DNA from: Eledone cirrhosa
Lineage: Eukaryota
Direction: 5' to 3'
DNA: 64,000 nt
Assembly (NCBI GenBank): GCA_964016885.1
Contig: OZ024740.1
Location: 423,336,001 to 423,400,000, forward strand
Shown: positions 10,512 to 20,100 of the stretch, in pieces
How positions within the stretch are numbered: position 1 is the stretch's first letter
Layout of the letters: every line of letters begins with the position of its first letter
Program-made: the position numbers and the translations under genes
The notes under the pieces: generated by a model
What the model was told of the DNA's origin: nothing
Databases searched by the model: none
What the model saw: only the letters and a program-made list of their open reading frames with translations

Positions 10512-13500
10512 CTATAGTCTGATGTAGAGTGAAGGCCCATTCACACGGGCCATTCTCGCCACTTTCACCCATCTTTCATAGAAACGGCTGGGGTGCAGCA
10601 CCTCTCTCTCCATCCTGATCCTTCTTCCGAAATGATATCGGAAGAAACGGACCAGTTGTTGGCCAGAGAGAAAGGTGCCCGACCTCAGTCCTTTCAGACG
10701 CGTCCACCATACAACCTCTTTCGCCATGGCTATTACGCACAGAAACACCGCCTCTGCTTCATCTTTGAAGGGGGGAGGCGGCTTGATCATTACAATAGAC
10801 TCGGTGGTCAACCGGATCGGTCCCACCCTTGACAGCAGTTGTTCGACATAGCCCCACAGATCGGCTACGCCCGAGCAGTGTACTAATGCGTGTGCAACGG
10901 TTTCCTCGTCGCACACGCATCTGGGACAGATCTTTTTGGCGGGGTCCCTACCCGGGCGCCCGTGTCTGTAGAGCCTTTCTCGAACGGGTAAAGCCCCTCG
11001 GTAGCACTGCCAGGCCAGGGACTTCTGGAAGTTGTCCATAGGTCCCGGGCTGAATGTCCTACCGAAAAGGCTGGCCAGTTCGTCCTCCTCCATGTCTAGG
11101 GCTTCTCCGAGGGCGTCGTCGCACCTGCTGCGTACCAGCCCTCTATAGAATGTTGCGGTGGAGTCTCCACTGATAACCGGATCCGCCTGCCAGAGGGCGG
11201 TGAGCGCCTGGGCACACTCAGTGTGCCAGGCGCCCAGTTTTCTCGGTCTTTGCTTGACCCAGGATTGCAGCTCGGTGAGTGAGACGAGTCTGGGAAAGGT
11301 TCGTCTCACAAACGAGGCCCACACCGGTTGTCCGGTGAGGAATACGTAGAGGTGCCGTAGCCTTAATGCGTGTTTACGCATCATTAGCCACGGCATCCCC
11401 AGCCCTCCTTTCGAAGGGTGTTGACAGCAGATGGATCTCCTCACCATAGGAGCCCGCCTCTTCCAAAGGAATTGGAAGAGCGCGCGCTCCATCTTGGTGA
11501 GGATTTCCCTTGGGCAGGGCACTACGGTCAGGCGGTAGTAGATGACGGACGCTATGTAGGTGTTCGCCACCTCCGCCCGACCTTTCAGGGATAGTTTGCA
11601 ACTGGCCCACTTCTGGGTCAGTGCAAACACTCTGTTCGTAACCTCCGCCCAGTTTTTCTCCACCTGGAGGTCCGGTCCGAACCAGACCCCGAGCAACTTC
11701 ACCGGGCCCTCCGTCCAGCGTCCGACGACGCTATCGGAGGGCATCGGTCTGCCCCTCCACGTGCCGAGTTGCAAACCGATCGACTTGTCCCGGTTCAGCT
11801 TAGCCCCTGTGAACTTTTCGTACTCCTCCAGTAAGGTGCCGACCGCCTCGATTTCGGAGGCCGTCGACACCATTACTGTCACGTCATCGGCGTAGGCCGA
11901 CACCGCTTTCCGCAATCCCGGTTCCAAAGGGATGCCCTGCAACAACTCCAACTTCCGCAGTAGTGGCTCGAGAGTCAATACATACAGAAGGGAGGAGAGA
12001 GGGCACCCTTGTCGGATGGACCGCGCGATTTTGAACGGCTCCGAGAGGTAGCCGTTCACCTTGACCCTAGAGCAGATGCGGCTGCTGTGCATAGCAGTGA
12101 TCCAGCCCCTGAAAACGGGTCCGAAGCCTGCCGCCGCTAGCACCGCATCCAGGTAACCATGGTCGACCCTATCGAACGCCTTAGATTGATCCAAGTTGAT
12201 CAGAGCCCCACCAAAGCCGGGTTCGTTCCCAACCCTCTCTATGATGTATCGCATGAGGTGGAGGTTGTCATGGATGGACCTGGACGGGATAGCGCATGTC
12301 TGCGCATCTCCCACCAGGTTGCCCACGACAAGCGCCAACCTCTTTGCTAGCACCTTGGCCAAAATCTGTAACTCTGTATTTAGCAGTGTTATGGGCCTGA
12401 AGTTACTTATTTCGTCCCCCTTGTTCTCGTCCTTCCTCACTAGCGTGACTACGCCCTTGGTCACAGTACAGGGAATTCTCCCGTTCTGTTGCCAGTTGCA
12501 GTAGACCGCCTCGAGGAGATCGGGGAACAAGTCCGGCATAGCTAGATATAATTCGTAAGGAAGACCATCGAGACCCGGGGATTTGCGTTTGCCGCATTGG
12601 CTCAGCACGTCCTCTATCTCAGCGGCCGAAATCGGCTCCTCGCAGGACTTCGCCTCCCTGTCCGAGAGGCGCGGCAGGCCGTCGAGGTATGGACCGAAGT
12701 CCACGTTCCCAACCGGCTCCCCGCCCCTCCCGAACAGTCGGGCAAAGTGCCTTTGAAAGGCCTCACACATCTGCTTAGGCTCAAGAATCGCCCGTCCATC
12801 CAGGTCTCGCAAAGACCGGATGGTGGATTTAGTTCCACTGTTGGCCTCTGTCACGCGGGCCCAGCTAACAGCTTTGGTCCCCTCGTTCCCTAAAGCACGT
12901 ATTTTACTTCGGACAACGCAGCCTTCGTGCTTCGCGTCGAAAAACTGGCTCAAAGCCGTTCTCGACGCTAGCACTCTGGCCACGTCGCCGCTTCTAATTG
13001 CCTCTTCTACTCTATCTATTAGCTCCCTTTCCTTCCTATTCCTATCCGCAGCTAGAACCTTACTAAATTCTATCGAGACTACTCTAATCTCTCTCTTTAG
13101 AGATACCCACCACCTGCTGTTGACGATCGCTCCAGTCAACCGTTCCTTAACTAACGTACTAATCCGATTCCTGTAGGCTCTACTTGCCGGCAAGGACAAG
13201 TTGAGCTTCCAGTAACCGGGGCCCTGTCTATGAGTTCTGTCAAGGTTGACCATGCAGGTCACTAATTTGTGGTCTGAATAGCCAACAATGCGCATTTTTG
13301 GACAACTTAAAAAGTCCTTATCCTTAATTCTAACTAAGAACCTATCTAGGTACGACCTAGATGATCCGCTACGATTTGCCCACGTCCAGGTTGGCGCAGT
13401 CGGAAAATCTAGTCGATATCTATCGGCCAGGTCAAATCGACCGATTAACCCTTTGAGGCTATTACACCCCTCTCTATCGGGGCAGGCCCCTACGTAGTCC

Positions 13501-13949
13501 CAACGTGCATCTAGGATACCATTCCAGTCCCCCACTAATAGCAAGGAGCGGGACGTCCCTAGAAAAGTCTCCAGACGATGGAAGAAGTCCGGCCGCATTG
13601 ACCCGAAAGGGCCGTAGGCGGCTACCAACCTAAACGCTCCGCCTTTACCACTGCCAAGGTCCAGAACCACTAGTCGACCCTCCGGGTCCAAATGTACCAT
13701 CTGTGTTGCGAGACCCAGATGTTTTTGCAGCAGAACGACAACTCCACCCCCACCTCCAGGCTGACAGAGAGATGCGTGCATCTCAAAGTCATCAAAGGTG
13801 GGGGCCAGCTGTCGCACGTTGCTGATCCGGGCCTCGCAAATAACCATCACATCTATACGTTGTGACCTGAGGTCATTTAGAAGCATTGCCTGCTTCCAAG
13901 TTGAGCCCAGGCCACGCGCATTTAAACAGCCTACTCTTAGCATAGCCAT
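10512..13949 (-). CDS. ORF2p: APE endonuclease, reverse transcriptase and C-terminal Cys/His domain
   Basis: Open frame of 1153 codons; first ATG at 13949 (MAMLRVGCLNARG). EN motifs LNARG, GDWN, YLD, SDH; RT motifs DQSKAFD, QGCPLS, YADD; C-terminal CPRC..ET..H..C. Confidence 0.97.
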   Translation of the reverse strand: MAMLRVGCLNARGLGSTWKQAMLLNDLRSQRIDVMVICEARISNVRQLAPTFDDFEMHASLCQPGGGGGVVVLLQKHLGLATQMVHLDPEGRLVVLDLGSGKGGAFRLVAAYGPFGSMRPDFFHRLETFLGTSRSLLLVGDWNGILDARWDYVGACPDREGCNSLKGLIGRFDLADRYRLDFPTAPTWTWANRSGSSRSYLDRFLVRIKDKDFLSCPKMRIVGYSDHKLVTCMVNLDRTHRQGPGYWKLNLSLPASRAYRNRISTLVKERLTGAIVNSRWWVSLKREIRVVSIEFSKVLAADRNRKERELIDRVEEAIRSGDVARVLASRTALSQFFDAKHEGCVVRSKIRALGNEGTKAVSWARVTEANSGTKSTIRSLRDLDGRAILEPKQMCEAFQRHFARLFGRGGEPVGNVDFGPYLDGLPRLSDREAKSCEEPISAAEIEDVLSQCGKRKSPGLDGLPYELYLAMPDLFPDLLEAVYCNWQQNGRIPCTVTKGVVTLVRKDENKGDEISNFRPITLLNTELQILAKVLAKRLALVVGNLVGDAQTCAIPSRSIHDNLHLMRYIIERVGNEPGFGGALINLDQSKAFDRVDHGYLDAVLAAAGFGPVFRGWITAMHSSRICSRVKVNGYLSEPFKIARSIRQGCPLSSLLYVLTLEPLLRKLELLQGIPLEPGLRKAVSAYADDVTVMVSTASEIEAVGTLLEEYEKFTGAKLNRDKSIGLQLGTWRGRPMPSDSVVGRWTEGPVKLLGVWFGPDLQVEKNWAEVTNRVFALTQKWASCKLSLKGRAEVANTYIASVIYYRLTVVPCPREILTKMERALFQFLWKRRAPMVRRSICCQHPSKGGLGMPWLMMRKHALRLRHLYVFLTGQPVWASFVRRTFPRLVSLTELQSWVKQRPRKLGAWHTECAQALTALWQADPVISGDSTATFYRGLVRSRCDDALGEALDMEEDELASLFGRTFSPGPMDNFQKSLAWQCYRGALPVRERLYRHGRPGRDPAKKICPRCVCDEETVAHALVHCSGVADLWGYVEQLLSRVGPIRLTTESIVMIKPPPPFKDEAEAVFLCVIAMAKEVVWWTRLKGLRSGTFLSGQQLVRFFRYHFGRRIRMEREVLHPSRFYERWVKVARMARVNGPSLYIRL

Positions 13950-13971
13950 GTTGGTGGTGAAGAGAAAAGGC

Positions 13972-13980
13972 ACTTACCTC
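13972..13980 (-). promoter_or_regulatory. Consensus 5' splice donor GAG|GTAAGT overlapping the ORF1 stop (equivalents at 5097, 19745, 29588 and in every complete B unit)
   Basis: Sequence match and positional conservation in four families; use is not demonstrated. Confidence 0.6.
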
Positions 13981-15755
13981 TCTGCGTCCCGGGTATCGGG
14001 CTGCACAATTTCCATTAGGGTGGGGGATGGGTTGTTGGGTGGGGTGGTGGTTTGTGGAAGTGTGGGGGCATCAGTGTGTTGTGTGGTTGGGGAGCTTGGA
14101 GTTGTGAGGGTGTTTGGGGAGGGGGTGGGATAGTTTTTTAGGAGGACTCGGTTAATGGGCCCGACGCAGGGGGGACCCACGTCCTCTTTAAAATTGTTTT
14201 TTAAAGTTTTATAGGTGTCCTGTGGGGCCTTAATCATTTTGAGGTGGGGGAAATCCCCTGCCTGGGTGAAGTTAGGCCCTTGTGTTTTTATTAGATTGTT
14301 GTTGTACACAATGTTTAACAGTTTTTTGTTTCTTGTATTTATGTATGTGTATGCATGTTTTTGTTTTTGTGTGGTGTTTTTTGTTTGCTGTTGTGAGCTC
14401 TTTTGTGTTGGTGTCAGTGTTATGTTTTGGGGAGGGGTTTTTTTCATTTGTGTGTCTGAGGTGTGTTTTCTTTTTTTTCTTTTGATTGTGTGGAAGTGCT
14501 CCTCCTCGTCTGACGACGAACTAGGGTCATCTTCCGCGTTGGAGGGGAGGGGTATATTTTCGGGTTGTGTTTGCGGTACGGGTGTTTTGGAAATTGTTTT
14601 TGTTTTTTGAGTGGAGGGGATGGGTTGGACATTGTTTTGTTTTGGTTTGAGCTGTGGTGGTTGTTTTTGTAGTGGTTGTTGTGGTGATTGTGTTGGTTGT
14701 GCAGTTGTTGGTGGTGTAGGCAGGATTGGGGTTTTCTTATTAAGTTGGGGACAGACAGCCCTCAGGTGACCTCTGGTTCCGCAGAGGTAACACGAGGGCC
14801 GTCTACCCTCAACGGTAATGTTGATGAAGGTTAGATCATCCAGTATGACGCGTTCAGGGATCTGGGCGATCCTTTCGGGCCTCATTTGAACTACAAGTTC
14901 GAGGCTCGTTCCACTGAACGCGTCACCCGATGCCTTTCCCATGGACACCAGCATGTCATCCTCCAGGTCCAGAAAACCTGTCAAAACCCACCATATGTCC
15001 ATAATCGGCAGGATGGTGTGGATTTTTATTTTTTGTGTTCTTCTACCCATGTACGTAGGGTAGAAGGTGTATGCGGTGGATGTGATTGGTTTGATGGACA
15101 GTTTCACTGCTGTGTCCCTGTCCTTCATGAGAATGGATAGACTCCCGTAGAGTCTATCCTTCTGAATGAAGGTGATGTCCTTCATGACGTCTTTTAAAAC
15201 CAGCTCTATCTCGCTCTGTGATGGTTGAGCTGGTTTTTTACTTTTGTTCGAGATTGTCCTAAACATGACCGTGTTTAGGAGTCTCTGGCTTTTTAGTTCC
15301 GGGGGGGAATGGATTGTGAATGAACCATTTTCCCCGTACACTATATATTTTTTCGCATCCGCCAGTAGCTCCTTCGCTTTTGTTATATCTACTGGCAGAT
15401 AGTCGAGGGTTTTCCTTGTCGTCTCGGCGAAGGAGAAATTTTGTTTGTTTGTGTTGTTGTTGTCGTTGGTGGTGTTGTTGTTATCATTGTTGTTGTTGTC
15501 ACCGTTATTGGTCTTGTTGTTGTTATTGTTATTGTTATTGGTGTTGTTTTCTACCGTCGCATTGTTGTTGTTGTTGCTGTTGGTTCTTTGGGTTGTTGCC
15601 ATGGTAACGTCAAGTTGTCGGTTAACAGGTGGAGAGAATTCTTCCTCTGGCTGACCTATCTTCTTGACCTCTGCTACTGTGACAGTGGCAGGGGGAAGCT
15701 GTAAGTTCATCTTCCCCTTTCCTCCTTCGAATTTTGGTGAAGAAGCTTCGGCCAT
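13974..15755 (-). CDS. ORF1p nucleic-acid-binding protein, 593 aa
   Basis: Intact ORF directly upstream of ORF2; N-rich tract, CX2CX4HX4C knuckle CYLCGTRGHLRAVC and a P/T/K/Q-rich tail. Confidence 0.95.
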   Translation of the reverse strand: MAEASSPKFEGGKGKMNLQLPPATVTVAEVKKIGQPEEEFSPPVNRQLDVTMATTQRTNSNNNNNATVENNTNNNNNNNNKTNNGDNNNNDNNNTTNDNNNTNKQNFSFAETTRKTLDYLPVDITKAKELLADAKKYIVYGENGSFTIHSPPELKSQRLLNTVMFRTISNKSKKPAQPSQSEIELVLKDVMKDITFIQKDRLYGSLSILMKDRDTAVKLSIKPITSTAYTFYPTYMGRRTQKIKIHTILPIMDIWWVLTGFLDLEDDMLVSMGKASGDAFSGTSLELVVQMRPERIAQIPERVILDDLTFINITVEGRRPSCYLCGTRGHLRAVCPQLNKKTPILPTPPTTAQPTQSPQQPLQKQPPQLKPKQNNVQPIPSTQKTKTISKTPVPQTQPENIPLPSNAEDDPSSSSDEEEHFHTIKRKKRKHTSDTQMKKTPPQNITLTPTQKSSQQQTKNTTQKQKHAYTYINTRNKKLLNIVYNNNLIKTQGPNFTQAGDFPHLKMIKAPQDTYKTLKNNFKEDVGPPCVGPINRVLLKNYPTPSPNTLTTPSSPTTQHTDAPTLPQTTTPPNNPSPTLMEIVQPDTRDAER

Positions 15756-15966
15756 TTAAAAAAATATTGACTTTTCAACAAGAAAAAACTTTTTTTTTTA
15801 ACTATTTCGCCTAAAGGCGTAGAATATTTTGAGAGACTGACCAGATCAAAGTTTGACCTGGTAGTCCCTCTACAAAATGGTACAAAAATTAAAGTTATCA
15901 GACAAGAATTTCTATAGAAATTTAAACAGAACTTACTCAGCAAGTTATACGCGTGTGTCCATCCCA

Positions 15967-17125
15967 GATAGATATATTTCTTTTATTTGCCACTAGGGCA
16001 TCAAAAGTGGGACAAGTACAAAGGGGGGAGTTTACACAAAAAGGCGTCCTCAATAAGGAGGAGGCAATAACAAAATATAAAAATAAAATAAGATATAACA
16101 AAAAATAAAATTTTTAACAAAATCCTCAATAGAGAGGAGGCGCCTTGGGGGGTCGCACACACCCCCGAAAAAAGTGTGCAACCCTTCTCCTCAGGAGCAC
16201 AGAGAAGGGGTGCTCCCTTGGTCTTTCATCTTCCTCACCTATAGTCTGATGTAGAGTGAAGGCCCATTCACACGGGCCATTCTCGCCACTTTCACCCATC
16301 TTTCATAGAAACGGCTGGGGTGCAGCACCTCTCTCTCCATCCTGATCCTTCTTCCGAAATGATATCGGAAGAAACGGACCAGTTGTTGGCCAGAGAGAAA
16401 GGTGCCCGACCTCAGTCCTTTCAGACGCGTCCACCATACAACCTCTTTCGCCATGGCTATTACGCACAGAAACACCGCCTCTGCTTCATCTTTGAAGGGT
16501 GGAGGCGGCTTGATCATTACAATAGACTCGGTGGTCAACCGGATCGGTCCCACCCTTGACAGCAGTTGTTCGACATAGCCCCACAGATCGGCTACGCCCG
16601 AGCAGTGTACTAATGCGTGTGCAACGGTTTCCTCGTCGCACACGCATCTGGGACAGATCTTTTTGGCGGGGTCCCTACCCGGGCGCCCGTGTCTGTAGAG
16701 CCTTTCTCGAACGGGTAAAGCCCCTCGGTAGCACTGCCAGGCCAGGGACTTCTGGAAGTTGTCCATAGGTCCCGGGCTGAATGTCCTACCGAACAGGCTG
16801 GCCAGTTCGTCCTCCTCCATGTCTAGGGCTTCTCCGAGGGCGTCGTCGCACCTGCTGCGTACCAGCCCTCTATAGAATGTTGCGGTGGAGTCTCCACTGA
16901 CAACCGGATCCGCCTGCCAGAGGGCGGTGAGCGCCTGGGCACACTCAGTGTGCCAGGCGCCCAGTTTTCTCGGTCTTTGCTTGACCCAGGATTGCAGCTC
17001 GGTGAGTGAGACGAGTCTGGGAAAGGTTCGTCTCACAAACGAGGCCCACACCGGTTGTCCGGTGAGGAATACGTAGAGGTGCCGTAGCCTTAATGCGTGT
17101 TTACGCATCATTAGCCACGGCATAC
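15967..17125 (-). mobile_element. A2b: 3' 1.15 kb of A2, near-identical to 10240-11395, fused to A3
   Basis: ORF 16239..17123 matches the A2a ORF2 C-terminus with about 3 nucleotide differences by eye; short GATAGATA tail. Confidence 0.93.
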
Positions 17126-20100
17126 CACGGCGTGCCTACGTATCAACAGCCACGGCATACCCAGCCCTCCTTTCGAAGGGTGCTGGCAGCAGATGGATCT
17201 CCTCACCATGGGAGGCCGCTTCTTCCAGAGGAACTGGAAGAGCATGCGTTCCATGATGGTGAGCTCTTCCTTGGGGCAAGGCACGACGGTCAGGCGGTAG
17301 TAGATGACGGACGCTATGTAAGCGTTCGTCACCTCCGCCCGACCTTTCAGTGATAGTTTGCACTTGGCCCACTTCTGGGTCAGCGCAAACACCCTGCTCG
17401 TCACCTCGCCCCAATTCTTCTCCACCTGGAGGTCCGGTCCGAACCAGACCCCGAGCAGCTTCACCGGGCCCTCCGTCCACCGCCCGACGACACCGTCTAA
17501 CGGCATCGGTTTGCCCCTCCACGTTCAGAGTTGCAAACCGACTGACTTGTCCTGGTTCAGCCTAGCCCCCGTCAGCCTTTCGTATTCCTCCAGTAGGGTG
17601 GCGATCGCCCCGATTTCCGAGGCGTCCGCCACCATTACTGTTACGTCGTCGGCATAGGCCGAGACCGCTTTGTGCAATCCCGGTTCCAGGGGTATGCCCC
17701 GCAGCAACTCCAACTTCCGCAGCAGTGGCTCGAGAGTCAATACGTACAGAAGGGAGGAGAGGGGGCACCCCTGTCTGATGGACCGGGTGATTTGAAACGG
17801 CTCCGAGAGGTAGCCGTTTACTTTAATCCTAGAGTAGATGTTGCCACTGTGCATGGCAGAAATCCAGCCCCTGAAAACGGGTCCGAAGCCCGCCGCCGCT
17901 AGCACCGCATCCAGGTAACCATGGTCGACCCTATCGAACGCCTTAGATTGATCCAAGTTGATCAGGGCCCCACCAAAGCCGGGTTCGTTGCCAACCCTCT
18001 CTACGATGTATCGCATGAGGTGGAGGTTGTCGTGAATGGACCTGGACGGGATAGCGCATGTCTGCGCGTCTCCCACCAAACCACCCACCACAAGCGCCAA
18101 CCTCTTCGCCAACACCTTGGCCAAAATCTGTAACTCTGCATTTAGCAGAGTTATGGGCCTAAAGTTACTTAAGTCGTCCCCTTTGCTCTCGTCCTTCCTC
18201 ACTAGCGTGACCACGCCCTTGGTCACAGAACAGGGAATTCTCCCGTTCTGTTGCCAGTTGCAATAGACAGCCTCGAGGAGTTCGGAGAACAAGACCGGCA
18301 TAGCTAAATAAAGTTCGTATGGTAGACCATCGAGACCCGGAGATTTGCGTCTGCTGCATTGGCTGAGCGCTTCCCCGATTTCAGTGGCTGTGATTGGCCT
18401 TTCGCAGCACTTCGCTTCGCCCCTCGAAAGACGCGGTAGACCGTCGAGGTATGGACCGAAGTCCACATCCCCGTCCGGCCCCCGCCCCCTCCGAACAGTC
18501 GAACAAAGTGCCTTTGAAAGGCCTCGCACATCCGCTCAGGTTCAAGGATCACCCGTCCATCCTGGTCTCGCAAAGACCGAATGGTGGATTTAATCCCACT
18601 CTTGGCTTCTGTCACGCGGGCCCAGCTAACAGCTTTGGTCCCCTCGTTTCCTAAAGCACGTATTTTACTTCGGACAACGCAGCCTTCGTGCTTCGCGTCA
18701 AAGAACTGGCTCAACGCTGTTCTCGCCGCTAACACTCTGGCCACGTCTCCGCTCCTAATCGCCTCTTCTAGTTTATCTGTCAACTCCCTTTCCCTCCTAT
18801 TTCTATTCGCCGCTAGTTCCTTACTGTAACCTATCGAACTTACTCTAATCTCTCTCTTTAGAGATACCCACCACCTGCTGTTGACGATCGCTCCCGTCAA
18901 CCGCATCTTAACTAAGCTACTAATCCGGTTTCTGTAATCTTTCTTTGTCGGTAAGGACAAGTTCATCTTCCAGTAACCGGGACCCTGTCTATGCGTTCTA
19001 TCAAGGTTGACCACGCAGGTCACTAATTTGTGATCTGAATAGCCAACCATGATCAATTCTGGACAACTAAATACGTCCCTATCCTTACTCCTAACCAAAA
19101 ACCTATCTAGGTACGATCTAGATTGTCCACTGCGGTTTGCCCAGGTCCAGGTTGGCGCAGTTGGACAATCTAGTCGAAATCTATCGACCAGGTCGAATCG
19201 ATCGAGTAACCCCTTGAGGCTGCTACACCCCCCTCTATCGGGACATGCCCCTGCATAGTCCCAACGCGCATCTAGGATTCCATTCCAGTCCCCCACTAAA
19301 AGCAGGGAACGCGACGTTCCTAGAAAAGTCTCCAGACGCTGGAAGAAGTCGGCTCTTTCCGCCCCGAAGGGGGCATAAAGACCGACCACTCTGAAAGCCC
19401 CGCCTTCACCGCCTCCGACGTCCAGCACCAGTAATCGACCCCCCGGGTCCGAGTGAACAATCTGTACGTCGAGAGCCAGACGTTTATCCAGCAGTACGGC
19501 AACTCCCCCCCCCCCCCGCCTCCGGGTTGACAGAGAGATGCGTGCATCTCAAAGTCATCGAAGGCGGGCGCCAGCTGTCTCACGCTGCTGATCCGACTCT
19601 CGCAAACAACCATCACATCTATACTTTGTGACCTGAGGTCATTTAGAAGCTTTGCTTGCTTCCAAGCTAAGCCCAGGCCACGCGCGTTCAAACAGCCAAC
19701 TCTCAATTGATCTATTTTGGTGTTGAAAGTGAAGAAAGAAAAGCACCTACCTCTCCGGGTTGTGTAATTTCCATGGCATCAGGTGTGTTGGGTGGAGGGA
19801 TGTTTTGTGGTGGTGTGGGGGTACCCGTGTGTGGTGGGGTTGGGGTATTTGGAGTTGTGTCAGGGAGAGGGGCGGTTATGGGGAAATCTTTCAAGAGGAC
19901 GCGATTTAACGGTTTTAAACAGGGGGGGGGGCTCACGTCCCGTCTAAATTGTTCTTTTAAGGAACGATAACGGTCCAGAGGGACCTTTATCATTTTTAAA
20001 TGGGTGAAGTTCTCTGTTGAGATAAAGTTTGGCCCTTCGGTCTGCACCATAGGGTTATTGTTTATTAATTTAACCAGTTTTTTGTTTTCTTTATTTATAT

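Larger units (their letters stand above)
10181..15966 (-). mobile_element. Full-length, apparently intact Tx1/L1-like LINE A2a (~5.75 kb) with (TATC)n tail
   Basis: Tail 10181-10247, 3' UTR, two uninterrupted ORFs and a ~210-nt 5' UTR ending at the next GATA tail. Confidence 0.96.

Noticed and set aside
10512-13949. Bacterial RT system (retron, group II intron, DGR) or telomerase
   Set aside because: An N-terminal APE endonuclease, a CCHC ORF1 and microsatellite tails identify a eukaryotic non-LTR retrotransposon.
10240-17125. LTRs flanking A2a
   Set aside because: The direct repeat is the ORF2 C-terminus plus 3' UTR of a tandem copy; there is no integrase, protease, PBS or TG..CA.
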